This document shows, piece after piece, positions 38,332-48,712 of a DNA stretch of 64,000 nt. The DNA comes from Gammaproteobacteria bacterium. Its GTDB lineage: Bacteria > Pseudomonadota > Gammaproteobacteria > Eutrophobiales > Eutrophobiaceae. Under the pieces are notes generated by a model that worked only from the letters and a program-made list of their open reading frames with translations, was not told where the DNA came from and did no database searches. Location of the stretch: NCBI GenBank assembly GCA_965222155.1, contig CBDCTH010000010.1, positions 32,001 to 96,000 on the forward strand, in the 5' to 3' direction. Within the stretch, counting starts at the first letter, position 1. Each line of letters opens with the position of its first letter. Made by a program: the position numbers and the translations under genes.

Positions 38332-41067
38332 ATGAAGCAATTACGTAAGCCGGATATTATTTCCCTGTTCCCAATCTGGCTTATGCGTTCAAAGGTGTAC
38401 CCCACCCATCAGCGAGTGGACGTACTGCAGCGGCCGTCCCTGATTAAACAGCTTGATGCCTGCATGGATGCCACCTTATCGCTTGTTTGTGCGCCGGCCG
38501 GTTACGGAAAGAGTACACTATATGCCGACTGGCGTAACAAGCTGTTACAGGACAATGTCAAAGTCTGCTGGTTGTCGCTGGAACAGGAAGATAACGACGC
38601 ATTCCAGCTTCTGACCTACATCGCCTACTCACTATACGAAGGCGGGGTGGATTTTTCCAAAGCCGGAGTAATAGAAAAATTACACTTCAGCGATCTCTCT
38701 GCGCGTACATTGCTGAGCATCATCCATCGGGTTGTCGAAGCTGATAAGCAAAAAATCGTTCTTATCATCGATGACTTTGAAAATCTTAACGAAGAGACGA
38801 TTGACAGGGTAATCCAGCCGTTGGTAAACCATGCACCGTCAAACCTGCACATTGCTGTTGCAAGCAGGGATTACCGCAGGTTAAAGGTGGCCAAGCTGGA
38901 AATGGAAGGCCTGGCGATCCGCCTGCCCGCCAAGAGTCTCAACTTCACACCGGACGAACTGAAGGTGTTGTTCGAGAATTATCTGCCGGCCGAAACCATA
39001 GGGGAAATTCACCACCTGACAGAGGGCTGGCCTGTGGCCATACAAATGCTCAGGAGTTCCCTGAAGGTTGATCGGGACATATACCGTGTGCTATCCAGTC
39101 TCACATCATCTTCCAGCGTTATCACCACTTACCTTTCCGAGCAGATATTCCAAGGTCTTGAAAGCAGTCTGCAAACATTCCTGATGGATATTTCCCTGAT
39201 TGACGCCATCACCTATGACCAGGCGGATTATATCCGTGAGGCTGACGACAGCGAAATCCGGTTTAACGCCTGCAATATGTTGAGCACCCTGGTTTTGCCT
39301 GTGGAGAAGGTAATGAGCACCTTTCGGCTCCACCCTCTTTTTCGGGAATATCTGCATCACAGGCTGGTAATTACCCACCCTGACCGGGTGTTGAAGTTGC
39401 ACCTGCGCAGCGCCGATTGGTTTGCCGGGAAAGGAAATCTTGTCCGGGCGGTCAGGCATGCGGTGCAGGCGGGTAAACCACAACGGGCGGTAGAGATTAT
39501 CGAACAGCAAGGCGGCGTTATACTCTGGCTGAGAGAGGGATTGACCCGCTTGAGAACTACCCTGAATTTACTGGATGAGAAAACCGTTTCCGCATCACCC
39601 CGAATTACGTCTATCCGCTGTATCCTGGATATCAAGGACGGCGAAGTCTACCAGGCCCGCGAGCGCTACGACGCCATGCTTACTCGTTACTGGGATGTAA
39701 AAGAAACTCTCGCCGCAGAGGAACAGGCACGCATCGACCATGAACTCATGCTGGTGGAACCGCTATTGGCCTGTTACGAGGGAAAGATGCTGTCCGAGCA
39801 ATTTTGTTCCCAACTCACACATAACATTTCGAGGGTTGATCGGAATGATCATGCAACCCTTGGCTATCACCATAACCTGCTCTGTTTTGCCTACGCGCAA
39901 AGAGGGATGCTGCGGGAAGCCCGATACCATGCTGGGAAGGCAGTAAAGGAATACAGGCTGCTTGGCTCATTCTATGGCGAGGTCTACATTAATTTCCATT
40001 TGGGAGATATTTCCTTTGCGGAGGGAAACAGCGAACAGGCCAGAACGTATTACCAAACCGGACTAAAGCTGGGCAGGCAGCATTTTAACGATGATATGAG
40101 CATAAAACTGGTTGCCAGGGTATTGACGGCGGAGTTGAATTACGAGATGAATCAACTGCGGGGCTTGTCCAATATGACTGCTTCCATAGCAAAGCAACTG
40201 GAAGAAAGGGAAGCCTGGTTTGATATCTACGCGGCCGGCTACACAACCACAAGCAATGTCGAATTTGCCAGACATGGAATCGATGCTGCGGACACAATTC
40301 TGGATCGTTCCCTTTCCTATGCCAGGACGCAGAAGCTGGAGCGTTTAATTAACCTGCTGTTATTTCAGCGCATGGATTTGCTGCTGCGCGCCGGTTTGGA
40401 CGGGGCGGCCCGCTCCGTATTGAAAGAGTCAGGTTTACAGTTGGAAAACTATCGAAACCCTGGCAAAAGCGACATTGCCTGGCGCGAGCGGCAGGCCGCC
40501 GTTCACGCAATTATTCTATTGCGGATCAGAGAAAAAAAGTATGAAGAAGCATTATCGGCGCTCGATTATTTTTCTCATCATGCGAAAACCTACGGACACC
40601 TGAAACCGAATATCAGGTACGCAATCTTAACGAGTTTGGCTTATCGAGGTAAAAACGATTATCCGACGGCATTTGAACACCTGTATCAGGCGATAAGACT
40701 GTCGTTAAGTTCCGGTTTTATCCGACCATTTATTGACGCCGGCAGTGGATTGGAAGAGACCCTGCTACTTTATAAGCAATCGTCGAAATATCCCGCTGCC
40801 CCAGCCGACCACAAACAACAAACGGATAAAATAGCCGCGTACTTCACGGGTACTGATGAAGCGGGCACTGCCGAACAATTTATGAGTAAGAGAGAAAGCG
40901 AAGTGCTGGAACACCTGGCGCGAGGCTTATCCAACAAGCTGATCGCCAGAAATATCGGCGTCTCGGAAAATACGATCCGGTTCCACCTGAAGAATATCTA
41001 TCACAAACTCCAGGTGCATAACCGGCTGCTCGCCATATCCGCAGCGCGGGAGAGGAAGATAATTTGA
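38332..41067 (+). CDS. MalT-like LuxR-family transcriptional regulator
   Basis: CAPAGYGKST, WLSL, TEGWPVAI, FRLHPLF, C-terminal LuxR HTH (GLSNKLIA...TIRFHLKNIYHKL); divergent from the hydantoinase operon. Confidence 0.9.
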   Translation: MKQLRKPDIISLFPIWLMRSKVYPTHQRVDVLQRPSLIKQLDACMDATLSLVCAPAGYGKSTLYADWRNKLLQDNVKVCWLSLEQEDNDAFQLLTYIAYSLYEGGVDFSKAGVIEKLHFSDLSARTLLSIIHRVVEADKQKIVLIIDDFENLNEETIDRVIQPLVNHAPSNLHIAVASRDYRRLKVAKLEMEGLAIRLPAKSLNFTPDELKVLFENYLPAETIGEIHHLTEGWPVAIQMLRSSLKVDRDIYRVLSSLTSSSSVITTYLSEQIFQGLESSLQTFLMDISLIDAITYDQADYIREADDSEIRFNACNMLSTLVLPVEKVMSTFRLHPLFREYLHHRLVITHPDRVLKLHLRSADWFAGKGNLVRAVRHAVQAGKPQRAVEIIEQQGGVILWLREGLTRLRTTLNLLDEKTVSASPRITSIRCILDIKDGEVYQARERYDAMLTRYWDVKETLAAEEQARIDHELMLVEPLLACYEGKMLSEQFCSQLTHNISRVDRNDHATLGYHHNLLCFAYAQRGMLREARYHAGKAVKEYRLLGSFYGEVYINFHLGDISFAEGNSEQARTYYQTGLKLGRQHFNDDMSIKLVARVLTAELNYEMNQLRGLSNMTASIAKQLEEREAWFDIYAAGYTTTSNVEFARHGIDAADTILDRSLSYARTQKLERLINLLLFQRMDLLLRAGLDGAARSVLKESGLQLENYRNPGKSDIAWRERQAAVHAIILLRIREKKYEEALSALDYFSHHAKTYGHLKPNIRYAILTSLAYRGKNDYPTAFEHLYQAIRLSLSSGFIRPFIDAGSGLEETLLLYKQSSKYPAAPADHKQQTDKIAAYFTGTDEAGTAEQFMSKRESEVLEHLARGLSNKLIARNIGVSENTIRFHLKNIYHKLQVHNRLLAISAARERKII

Positions 41068-41073
41068 GGAAGC

Positions 41074-41547
41074 CTATGCCAATAAATTCAGCGGCAGTTC
41101 GTTGGTGCATTTGATTTCGGAAACCACCATCTTGGAATTTACTTCGCGCACGGCCGGCAGCGACAGCAGTTGACGCAGGAACCGTTCGTATGCATGGATG
41201 TCGGTAGCCACAACTTTCAACAAAAAATCCATTTCTCCCAGTACCGTGTAGCACTCAAGCACCTCCGGCAGTTTCTCCACGGCTTTCTGGAAATTCGGCA
41301 ACGCTTCATGACCGTGCGCATCGAGTTTGACTTCCGCAAATACGATGACATCCAGGCCCAGTTGGTTGTGGTCCAGTATGGCTACCCGCTTCTTCAGTAC
41401 CCCTGTATCCATCAGGCGCTTGAGTCGGCGCCAGCATGGTGATGTGGACAAGCCTATCTTTGCCGCCAGTTCGCTGACGGTCAAACCGGCATCCCGTTGC
41501 AGGATAGTCAAGATTTTCTTATCGAAACGGTCGAGATTATAGGTCAT
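41074..41547 (-). CDS. Lrp/AsnC regulator (BkdR-like)
   Basis: LDRFDKKIL..LQRDA..SPCWRRLKRL; divergent from the bkd operon. Confidence 0.9.
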   Translation of the reverse strand: MTYNLDRFDKKILTILQRDAGLTVSELAAKIGLSTSPCWRRLKRLMDTGVLKKRVAILDHNQLGLDVIVFAEVKLDAHGHEALPNFQKAVEKLPEVLECYTVLGEMDFLLKVVATDIHAYERFLRQLLSLPAVREVNSKMVVSEIKCTNELPLNLLA

Positions 41548-41670
41548 TATTACCTCATATACAGGATATATTAGTAATATTTTGCTAATTATCCCGCAAT
41601 ATTGTGAAAATAGCAAAAATAATCCCTTTACACCCGCCTATAATTTGTTCATCCATTTCGATCAATAGAC

Positions 41671-42891
41671 ATGACAAGCAGATTACATATTCCAGCAGCG
41701 CCTTACCGCCCCGGCGAGGAGCCTGACTTCAGCGCCACAGCTTTACCCCGGGCCGGTGAACTGGCGCGTCCTGATGAACTGGTGCCGGCAAACACCACCA
41801 GTGATCTGTCATTCGGCATGATTCGCGTCCTGGATGACAACTACCAGGCCGTGGGTCCCTGGGATCCGAAACTGCCGACAGAGGTGTTACGTGACGGATT
41901 ACGCTACATGTTGCTGACGCGTCTCTACGACGAGCGCATGTTCAGGATGCAGCGTCAGGGCAAGATATCGTTTTACCTGAAGTGTACCGGTGAAGAAGCC
42001 GTATCGGTGGCCCAATGCATGGCGCTGAATGATGGCGACATGTTATTCCCCACTTACCGGCAACAGGGTTTGCTGATCACGCGGGGCTATCCCTTGCTGG
42101 ACATGATGTGCCAGTGCCTGTCCAATGCAGGCGACAAGCTGCAGGGCCGCCAGCTGCCCGTTCTGTACAGCTCAGATGTACATAACTTTTTCACAATTTC
42201 CGGCAACCTGGGTACCCAGTTTTCCCAGGCCGTCGGCTGGGCCATGGCGGCTGAATATAAGAAAACCAATGATATAGCGGTGGCCTGGGTCGGCGAAGGG
42301 ACCAGCGCCGAGGCGGATTTTCACTATGCCCTCACCTTCAGTGCGGTGTACCGCGCGCCGGTTATTCTGAACGTCGTGAACAACCAATGGGCTATTTCCA
42401 CTCATCAAAATGTGGCGGGAGGCGATCAGAACCCCTTTGCCGCGCGGGGCATCGGCTACGGCATCCCCGGCCTGCGTGTGGACGGCAATGATTTTCTCGC
42501 TATCTTTGCCGCTACCCGCTGGGCCGCTAATCGGGCACGCGCAGGGGGCGGCCCTACCCTGATAGAGCTGTATACCTACCGCGCCTCGGCCCATTCCACC
42601 AGCGACGACCCCGGCAGGTATCGGCCGGCCGACGAATGGGAACGCTGGCCCCTGGGCGATCCCTTGGAGCGCCTGAAACAGCATTTAATTACTCTGGATG
42701 AATGGTCTGAAACGGAACACGAACAAATGCAAACGGAACTGGAAGAAATAGTGAGCAAGACCTGGGAGGAAGCCATTTCGTTGGGAACGTTGAACGAAGG
42801 ACCACACCCCCCCGTCTCGGCCATGTTCGAACATGTTTACAAGGAAATGCCGCCCCACCTGTTGGAACAACGCCGGCAACTGGAGGGATGA
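41671..42891 (+). CDS. bkdA1: Branched-chain 2-oxoacid dehydrogenase E1 alpha
   Basis: RPGEEPDFS N-terminus, QRQGKISFY, TPP motif GEG...NNQWAIS, HSTSDDP. Confidence 0.93.
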   Translation: MTSRLHIPAAPYRPGEEPDFSATALPRAGELARPDELVPANTTSDLSFGMIRVLDDNYQAVGPWDPKLPTEVLRDGLRYMLLTRLYDERMFRMQRQGKISFYLKCTGEEAVSVAQCMALNDGDMLFPTYRQQGLLITRGYPLLDMMCQCLSNAGDKLQGRQLPVLYSSDVHNFFTISGNLGTQFSQAVGWAMAAEYKKTNDIAVAWVGEGTSAEADFHYALTFSAVYRAPVILNVVNNQWAISTHQNVAGGDQNPFAARGIGYGIPGLRVDGNDFLAIFAATRWAANRARAGGGPTLIELYTYRASAHSTSDDPGRYRPADEWERWPLGDPLERLKQHLITLDEWSETEHEQMQTELEEIVSKTWEEAISLGTLNEGPHPPVSAMFEHVYKEMPPHLLEQRRQLEG

Positions 42892-42892
42892 G

Positions 42893-43978
42893 ATGGACGA
42901 AATAACGAATCTCCAGGACAGCCGAAGCGCGCAGTGCATGCCTCACGAAGTGTCGTACCCGGAAACGGGCGCGATGTCCATGATCCAGGCCCTGAATTCC
43001 GCCATGAGTGTTATGCTGGATAAGGATCCTGACGTGGTTATTTTCGGTGAGGACGTGGGTTACTTCGGCGGCGTGTTTCGCTGTACCGAGGGCCTGCAGC
43101 AGAAATACGGTGAAGACCGCGTGTTCGATACGCCAATTGCCGAAGGGGGGATCGTGGCGATGGCCATCGGCATGGGCGTAAACGGCCTGCGCCCCGTCGT
43201 GGAGATCCAGTTTGCGGACTACATTTATCCGGCCTTTGACCAGATCGCCAGCGAACTGGCCCGACTACGCTACCGTAGCGCCGGGCAGTTCTGGTCGCCG
43301 GTCACGATCCGTACTCCCTGCGGCGGCGGTATCCGCGGCGGGCAAACCCACTCACAGACACCGGAGGCATTGTTCGCCCACGTCTGCGGCCTGAAGACGG
43401 TCATGCCATCGAATCCCTATGATGCAAAAGGTTTGCTGATCAGCGCCATAGAGGATGACGATCCGGTCATCTTTTTCGAACCGAAACGCCTGTACAACGG
43501 TCCGTTTGACGGTGACCCCGATAAGCCGGCCGCGAGTTGGTATAACCACGCCAGGGGACAGGTCCCGGAAGGTCACTACAGGGTACCGCTGGGCAAGGCG
43601 GAAATAGTCCGGGCAGGAAACGACGTTACCATTCTCGCCTATGGCACCATGGTGCATGTGGCGCTGGCGGCATCACAGCAGATGAAAATCAACGCCGAGA
43701 TCATTGACGTGCGTACCTTGATGCCGCTGGATATCGATACCATCTGCGCTTCCGTGTGCCGAACGGGCCGCTGCGTGATCGTGCATGAAGCGACGCGCCA
43801 CTGCGGTTACGGCGCGGAACTGTCGGCACAGGTCCAGGAGTATTGTTTCTGGAATCTTGAAGCGCCAATCGAACGGGTGACGGGCTGGGATACACCTTAC
43901 CCTCACGCCCAGGAATGGGCTTACTTTCCGGGCCAGGAGCGGGTAAGCCAGGCGCTGGAACGGACCCTGGGGATGTGA
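42893..43978 (+). CDS. bkdA2: Branched-chain 2-oxoacid dehydrogenase E1 beta
   Basis: GEDVGYFGGVFR, EIQFADY, GGQTHSQ, TGWDTPYPHA. Confidence 0.93.
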   Translation: MDEITNLQDSRSAQCMPHEVSYPETGAMSMIQALNSAMSVMLDKDPDVVIFGEDVGYFGGVFRCTEGLQQKYGEDRVFDTPIAEGGIVAMAIGMGVNGLRPVVEIQFADYIYPAFDQIASELARLRYRSAGQFWSPVTIRTPCGGGIRGGQTHSQTPEALFAHVCGLKTVMPSNPYDAKGLLISAIEDDDPVIFFEPKRLYNGPFDGDPDKPAASWYNHARGQVPEGHYRVPLGKAEIVRAGNDVTILAYGTMVHVALAASQQMKINAEIIDVRTLMPLDIDTICASVCRTGRCVIVHEATRHCGYGAELSAQVQEYCFWNLEAPIERVTGWDTPYPHAQEWAYFPGQERVSQALERTLGM

Positions 43979-43980
43979 AC

Positions 43981-45201
43981 ATGGGTTCTTATTCGTTCAA
44001 ATTGCCGGATTTGGGCGAAGGTACCGTCGAGTCGGAGATAGTTGCCTGGCACGCCGGGGTTGGCGATTTCATCAACGCGGATCAACCCCTCGTCGATATG
44101 ATGACGGACAAGGCCACGATAGAGATCACGGCGCCGGTCAGCGGCAGGCTTGGTTCAGTGGCCGGCGAGCCCGGCGACATGATACCGGTGGGCGCCGAGT
44201 TGGCAGTCATTGAAACGGGTACGGAAGAAACCTTACAAACGACAGCTTCGGCAATTAACGAACCGGTTGCTGAGAATGGTACGCTGCTCCCATCTGCCGC
44301 AGATCAACAACCCCCTGCCGGTAACCGTAAACCGTTAACGTCCCCTCCCATCCGCCGTCTGGCCAGGGAAAATGATATCGACCTGAACCAGGTGAAGGGT
44401 ACTGGGCCGAACGGGCGAATTACACATGCTGATATCGACTCTTATTTAAGCCTCGCCGGTAACTCGTCTGCGGATAAATCGATGCCGAAGTCAACCGGTA
44501 CGCACGAAATAAAACTGCTGGGACTGCGTCGCAAGATAGCCGAACGGATGACCTTGAGCGCCGGCCGTATTCCGCACTTTACCTACGTAGAAGAAGTCGA
44601 TGTCACCCAACTGGAGCAACTGCGCCGGCACCTGAACGGAACGCGTCAGGAAAACCAGGCAGAACTCACCTACCTGCCTTTTTTCATGCAGGCCCTGGTG
44701 AAGGTGGTAAAGGAGTTTCCGCAGTGTAATGCGCACTTTGATGATGAACGCCAGGTCATCACGCTATATGAACCGGTCCACATCGGTATTGCCGTACAAA
44801 CAGGAAACGGCCTGATGGTGCCCGTTATCCGGCACGCCGAAGACCTGGACCTGTGGCAATGCGCCCATGAACTGCGTCAGGTCGCGGATAAAGCGAGGAA
44901 CGGCAACGCCAACAGGGAAGAACTAACCGGTTCGACCATTACCATTACCAGTCTGGGCGCGTTGGGCGGCATTGTTTCCACCCCAATCATCAACTATCCC
45001 GAAGTAGCCATCATCGGCATAAACAGGACACAGAAACGCCAACTGTTTGAAGACAACGGAGTTACTAACTGCCTGATGATGAACATCTCATCCTCTTTCG
45101 ATCATCGCATCGTCGACGGACATGACGCCGCCCGCGCCATCCAGGCGCTGAAACGTTACCTGGAATTCCCGGCAACATTATTTCTGCCTGCGCAGGAATG
45201 A
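43981..45201 (+). CDS. bkdB: Dihydrolipoamide acyltransferase E2
   Basis: Lipoyl MTDKAT, E3-binding GTGPNGRI, catalytic DHRIVDG. Confidence 0.92.
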   Translation: MGSYSFKLPDLGEGTVESEIVAWHAGVGDFINADQPLVDMMTDKATIEITAPVSGRLGSVAGEPGDMIPVGAELAVIETGTEETLQTTASAINEPVAENGTLLPSAADQQPPAGNRKPLTSPPIRRLARENDIDLNQVKGTGPNGRITHADIDSYLSLAGNSSADKSMPKSTGTHEIKLLGLRRKIAERMTLSAGRIPHFTYVEEVDVTQLEQLRRHLNGTRQENQAELTYLPFFMQALVKVVKEFPQCNAHFDDERQVITLYEPVHIGIAVQTGNGLMVPVIRHAEDLDLWQCAHELRQVADKARNGNANREELTGSTITITSLGALGGIVSTPIINYPEVAIIGINRTQKRQLFEDNGVTNCLMMNISSSFDHRIVDGHDAARAIQALKRYLEFPATLFLPAQE

Positions 45202-45218
45202 CGGCGTTTACTTTCGTC

Positions 45219-45337
45219 GTCATACCGGGCTTGTCCCGGTATCCAGTCTAATAGCGTGTCGCCCCTGCCTTACGACATGCCGGGGCAGGCCTTGGCGACT
45301 CATTATTGCACTGGATTCCGGCATGCGCCGGAATGAC
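45219..45337. repeat. REP-like doublet with nested mini-palindrome
   Basis: Core matches the reverse complement of 19672-19708 but is interrupted by CCCTGCCTTACGACATGCCGGGGCAGGC. Confidence 0.75.
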
Positions 45338-45457
45338 GGCGAGCGGGCATTTGCAGGAATGAAGAACGTAGTCTGAAGAAAATTGTCAGCCGTTTACCAT
45401 TATGGGTTAAACTTGCATCGGTATGAATCGATACAAACGTCACAACGAGGAATAGCA

Positions 45458-46249
45458 ATGATTGTCGAACAGATCTGGACAGGCAACGACTGGCGTAATT
45501 TCAACTATCTCATTGCCTGCCCCGATACCGGTGAAGCGCTGGCTGTTGACCCCCTGGACCATAACAAGTGTTTGCACTACGCACAGGACCAGGGCTGGGA
45601 AATCACCCAGATATTGAATACCCATGAACATTTTGATCACATTGGCGGCAATGCCGCGCTGATAGCCGCAACGGACGCGGTATTACTTGCCCATAAAAAT
45701 GCCAGGGACAGGATAATCGGCATAGACAGGCCGTTATCCGCCGGCGATATCATTAAAGTCGGGAAGAGCGTCGAACTGGAAGCACTGGATACGCCGGGGC
45801 ATACCATGAGCCACGTCTGCCTGCTGTCACGCACTGACCAGCCCGCCCTGTTCTGCGGGGATACCCTGTTCAATGCCGGGGCGGGCAACTGCCATAATGG
45901 TGGGCATCCCAACGAGTTGTATATGACATTTTCCAACCAACTGGCGACCCTGCCCGACAATACCCTGGTCTATCCCGGTCACGATTACATCATCAACAAC
46001 CTGCAATTCACTTTGAGCAGGGAACCCGGTAATGCCGAAGCCCAATCGTTAAAGGACCAGTTGATCGAACAGGACCCGAATGAGGCCCTGGTCACCACCC
46101 TCGGGTTGGAAAAGGCCGTCAACACTTTTTTCCGCTTGAGAAACCCGGAGGTCATAGCGAAGCTGCGCGAGGAATTCCCCGATCTCCCTGCCGAACTTGA
46201 TGATAAAACTGTCTTCCTGAAACTGCGGGAATTGAGAAACAACTGGTGA
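45458..46249 (+). CDS. gloB: Hydroxyacylglutathione hydrolase (glyoxalase II-like MBL)
   Basis: THEHFDHIGG, TPGHT, GDTLF, PGHDY, EKAVNTFFR, LRELRNNW. Confidence 0.8.
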   Translation: MIVEQIWTGNDWRNFNYLIACPDTGEALAVDPLDHNKCLHYAQDQGWEITQILNTHEHFDHIGGNAALIAATDAVLLAHKNARDRIIGIDRPLSAGDIIKVGKSVELEALDTPGHTMSHVCLLSRTDQPALFCGDTLFNAGAGNCHNGGHPNELYMTFSNQLATLPDNTLVYPGHDYIINNLQFTLSREPGNAEAQSLKDQLIEQDPNEALVTTLGLEKAVNTFFRLRNPEVIAKLREEFPDLPAELDDKTVFLKLRELRNNW

Positions 46250-46250
46250 A

Positions 46251-46649
46251 GTGACCTGGTTATTGCTTGCCGCAGACGGGTTGTTGATCGTTCACACCCT
46301 GTTTATCGCCTTCGTGGTTTTCGGGTTGATCTTCATTATCACCGGTCTTGTCGGAAATTGGCGCTGGACCAGGAATCCCTGGTTCCGCTTGATCCACCTT
46401 GGCGCAATCGGCATCGTGGTCATACAGTCCTGGCTGAATGTGATTTGTCCGCTCACCATCTGGGAAAACAACCTGCGGGAGAAAGCGGAACAGGCAACCT
46501 ATGCCGGTTCGTTTATCCGGCACTGGTTGCATAAGCTGATATTTTACCAGGCGGAAGCCTGGGTATTTACACTATCCTATAGCGTATTTGCTGCGTTGGT
46601 AGTCCTGGCCTGGTATCTGGCGCCGCCCGACTTTTCAAAAAAGCATTAG
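46251..46649 (+). CDS. DUF2784-family membrane protein
   Basis: ADGLLIVHTLF, FRLIHL, CPLTIWEN, SFIRHWL. Confidence 0.8.
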   Translation: MTWLLLAADGLLIVHTLFIAFVVFGLIFIITGLVGNWRWTRNPWFRLIHLGAIGIVVIQSWLNVICPLTIWENNLREKAEQATYAGSFIRHWLHKLIFYQAEAWVFTLSYSVFAALVVLAWYLAPPDFSKKH

Positions 46650-46812
46650 GATTTTCAGCCACTAAGCGGGAGATAAGTCGGGTTGAATGTGACGCTGCAT
46701 CCCGGTATCACAGAACCGCTGACTTAATCAGCGGTTCTGCTATTGAATTTGTCGTATACTGATTATCCTGTTATTCTTCAATGCCACCTGAACTGAAAAG
46801 GAGGAACGCATC

Positions 46813-47475
46813 ATGGAAAATAAACTGCACCAAGAACCCGCCACCCCCGAAGAAATCTGGGCTATCCTGCGAGAGCAGAAAAGGAAATCCGACCAGGAGA
46901 TAGCAGAGATCTGGAAACTGTTCAAGCAGACCAACCAGCAGATGGAGCAGACCAACCAGCAGATAGAGCAGACCGACCAGCAGATGAAGCAGACTGACCA
47001 GCAGATGAAGCAGACCGACCGGCGCATGGATAAACGGATGAAAAAGCTGGAGGAGTTATTTACGGGCCAGTGGGGCAAGCTGATAGAGAGTCTGGTGGAG
47101 GGCGACCTGATGGCCCTGCTGCGGGCGCGAGGCATCAGCGTGGAGTCCACGCATTCCCGGGTGGGTGGCCGGCGCAATGGCGAACATTACGAGTTCGACA
47201 TCCTGGCCGGAAACGGTGCGGAGATTGTGCTGGTGGAGGTGAAGACCACGCTGAAGGCCGATCACGTGAGGCAGTTTCTGGCGAAGCTGGATAGATTCAC
47301 GGTGTACGAACCGATCTACAAGGGCAAACAGGTCTACGGTGCGGTGGCGTATTTGAAGGTGGAGCAGGCCGCGGACGCGTACGCACAGCGCCGGGGGCTG
47401 TATGTCATCCGGGCCACCGGCAGCAGCGCCAGCATCATCAACGAGACGGATTTTAAGCCCCGGGTATTCCACTGA
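46813..47475 (+). CDS. Heptad-repeat coiled-coil plus PD-(D/E)XK nuclease-like protein (DUF3782-like)
   Basis: 5x 21-bp QTDQQMK-type repeats; WGKLIESLV; EFDILAGNGAEIVLVEVK; GGAGG RBS. Confidence 0.8.
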   Translation: MENKLHQEPATPEEIWAILREQKRKSDQEIAEIWKLFKQTNQQMEQTNQQIEQTDQQMKQTDQQMKQTDRRMDKRMKKLEELFTGQWGKLIESLVEGDLMALLRARGISVESTHSRVGGRRNGEHYEFDILAGNGAEIVLVEVKTTLKADHVRQFLAKLDRFTVYEPIYKGKQVYGAVAYLKVEQAADAYAQRRGLYVIRATGSSASIINETDFKPRVFH

Positions 47476-47589
47476 TTGGCCCCCGGGGGGCTGGCGCCCT
47501 GTAAGCAGAAGGTGACGGATTTATTTGCCTCCAGGGTAGCCCCCTGCTTCTGCATCCGACCCCCGTCATTGCCGCGCAATTTATCTGTT

Positions 47590-47730
47590 TCACAATGCTT
47601 CGGGAAGAACAGTAAAACCTTCCCGATATGCCGCATCACGCAGTCGCTGATCAACGGCAACAAGGCCCTGGCCGGTTGTGGTCCCCTGATAGAACTTGAT
47701 GGCAGCGGCCAGTCGTAAGGCATCCGCCAA
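47590..47730 (-). pseudogene. C-terminal remnant of a PIN/VapC toxin
   Basis: LADALRLAAA...VAVDQRLRDAAYREGF. Confidence 0.6.
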
Positions 47731-47900
47731 TTCAACCGACAGGTTAGCGAAAGTTACCGTCGAAGTCGGGTTGAATGTGGCGCTGCATCCCGGTATCACA
47801 GAACCGCTGACTTAATCAGCGGTTCTGCTATTGAATTTGTCGTATACTGATTATCCTGTTATTCTTCAATGCCATCTGGACTGAAAAGGAGGAACGCGTC

Positions 47901-48601
47901 ATGGAAAATAAACTGCACCAAGAACCCGCCACCCCCGAAGAAATCTGGGCTATCCTGCGAGAGCAGAAAAGGAAATCCGACCAGGAGATAGCAGAGATAT
48001 GGAAACTGTTCAAGCAGACCGACCAGCAGATGAAGCAGACCGACCAGCAGATGAAGCAGACTGACCAGCAGATGAAGCAGACCGACCGACGCATAAACAA
48101 ACGGATGAAAAAGCTGGAGGAGTTATTTACGGGTCAGTGGGGCAAGCTGATGGAGAGTCTGGTGGAGGGCGACCTGGTGGCCTTGCTGCGGGCGCGAGGC
48201 ATCAGCGTGGAGTCCACGCATTCCCGGGTGGGTGGCCGGCGCAATGGCGAGCATTACGAGTTCGACATCCTGGCCGGAAACGGTGCGGAGATTGTGCTGG
48301 TGGAGGTGAAGACCACGCTGAAGGCCGATCACGTGAGGCTGGCGAAGCTGGATAGATTCACGGTGTGAAGACCACGCTGAAGGCCGATCACGTGAGGCAG
48401 TTTCTGGCGAAGCTGGATAGATTCACGGTGTACGAACCGGTCTACAAGGGCAAACAGGTCTACGGTGCGGTGGCGTATTTGAAGGTGGAGCAGGCCGCGG
48501 ACGCGTACGCACAGCGCCAGGGGCTGTATGTCATCCGGGCCACCGGCAGCAGCGCCAGCATCATCAACGAGACGGATTTTAAGCCCCGGGTATTCCAATA
48601 A
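47901..48601 (+). pseudogene. Second copy of the PD-(D/E)XK gene, broken by a 59-bp internal duplication
   Basis: 4 heptad repeats; 48306-48364 is duplicated, giving TGA at 48366 and a frameshift. Confidence 0.8.
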
Positions 48602-48710
48602 GCCTGGTGATATATTCGGTCAACGTGCAGCCAGCAGCAGAGGCTCGCTCTGCCATTTGCTTGATGCTGCTGTCTACACGCATTTCAATACGTTGTGTTG
48701 CTGTAGCCAT
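48598..48710 (-). pseudogene. N-terminal remnant of a DUF1778/TacA-like RHH antitoxin
   Basis: MATATQRIEMRVDSSIKQMAERASAAGCTLTEYITRLI is cut exactly at the end of the duplicated unit. Confidence 0.6.
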
Positions 48711-48712
48711 AA

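Larger units (their letters stand above)
46675..48597 (+). repeat. Two near-identical ~0.8 kb direct-repeat units (46675-47471, 47763-48597)
   Basis: Both start aagtcgggttgaatgtg, carry the hairpin CAGAACCGCTGA-cttaa-TCAGCGGTTCTG and end cgggtattcca. Confidence 0.9.
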
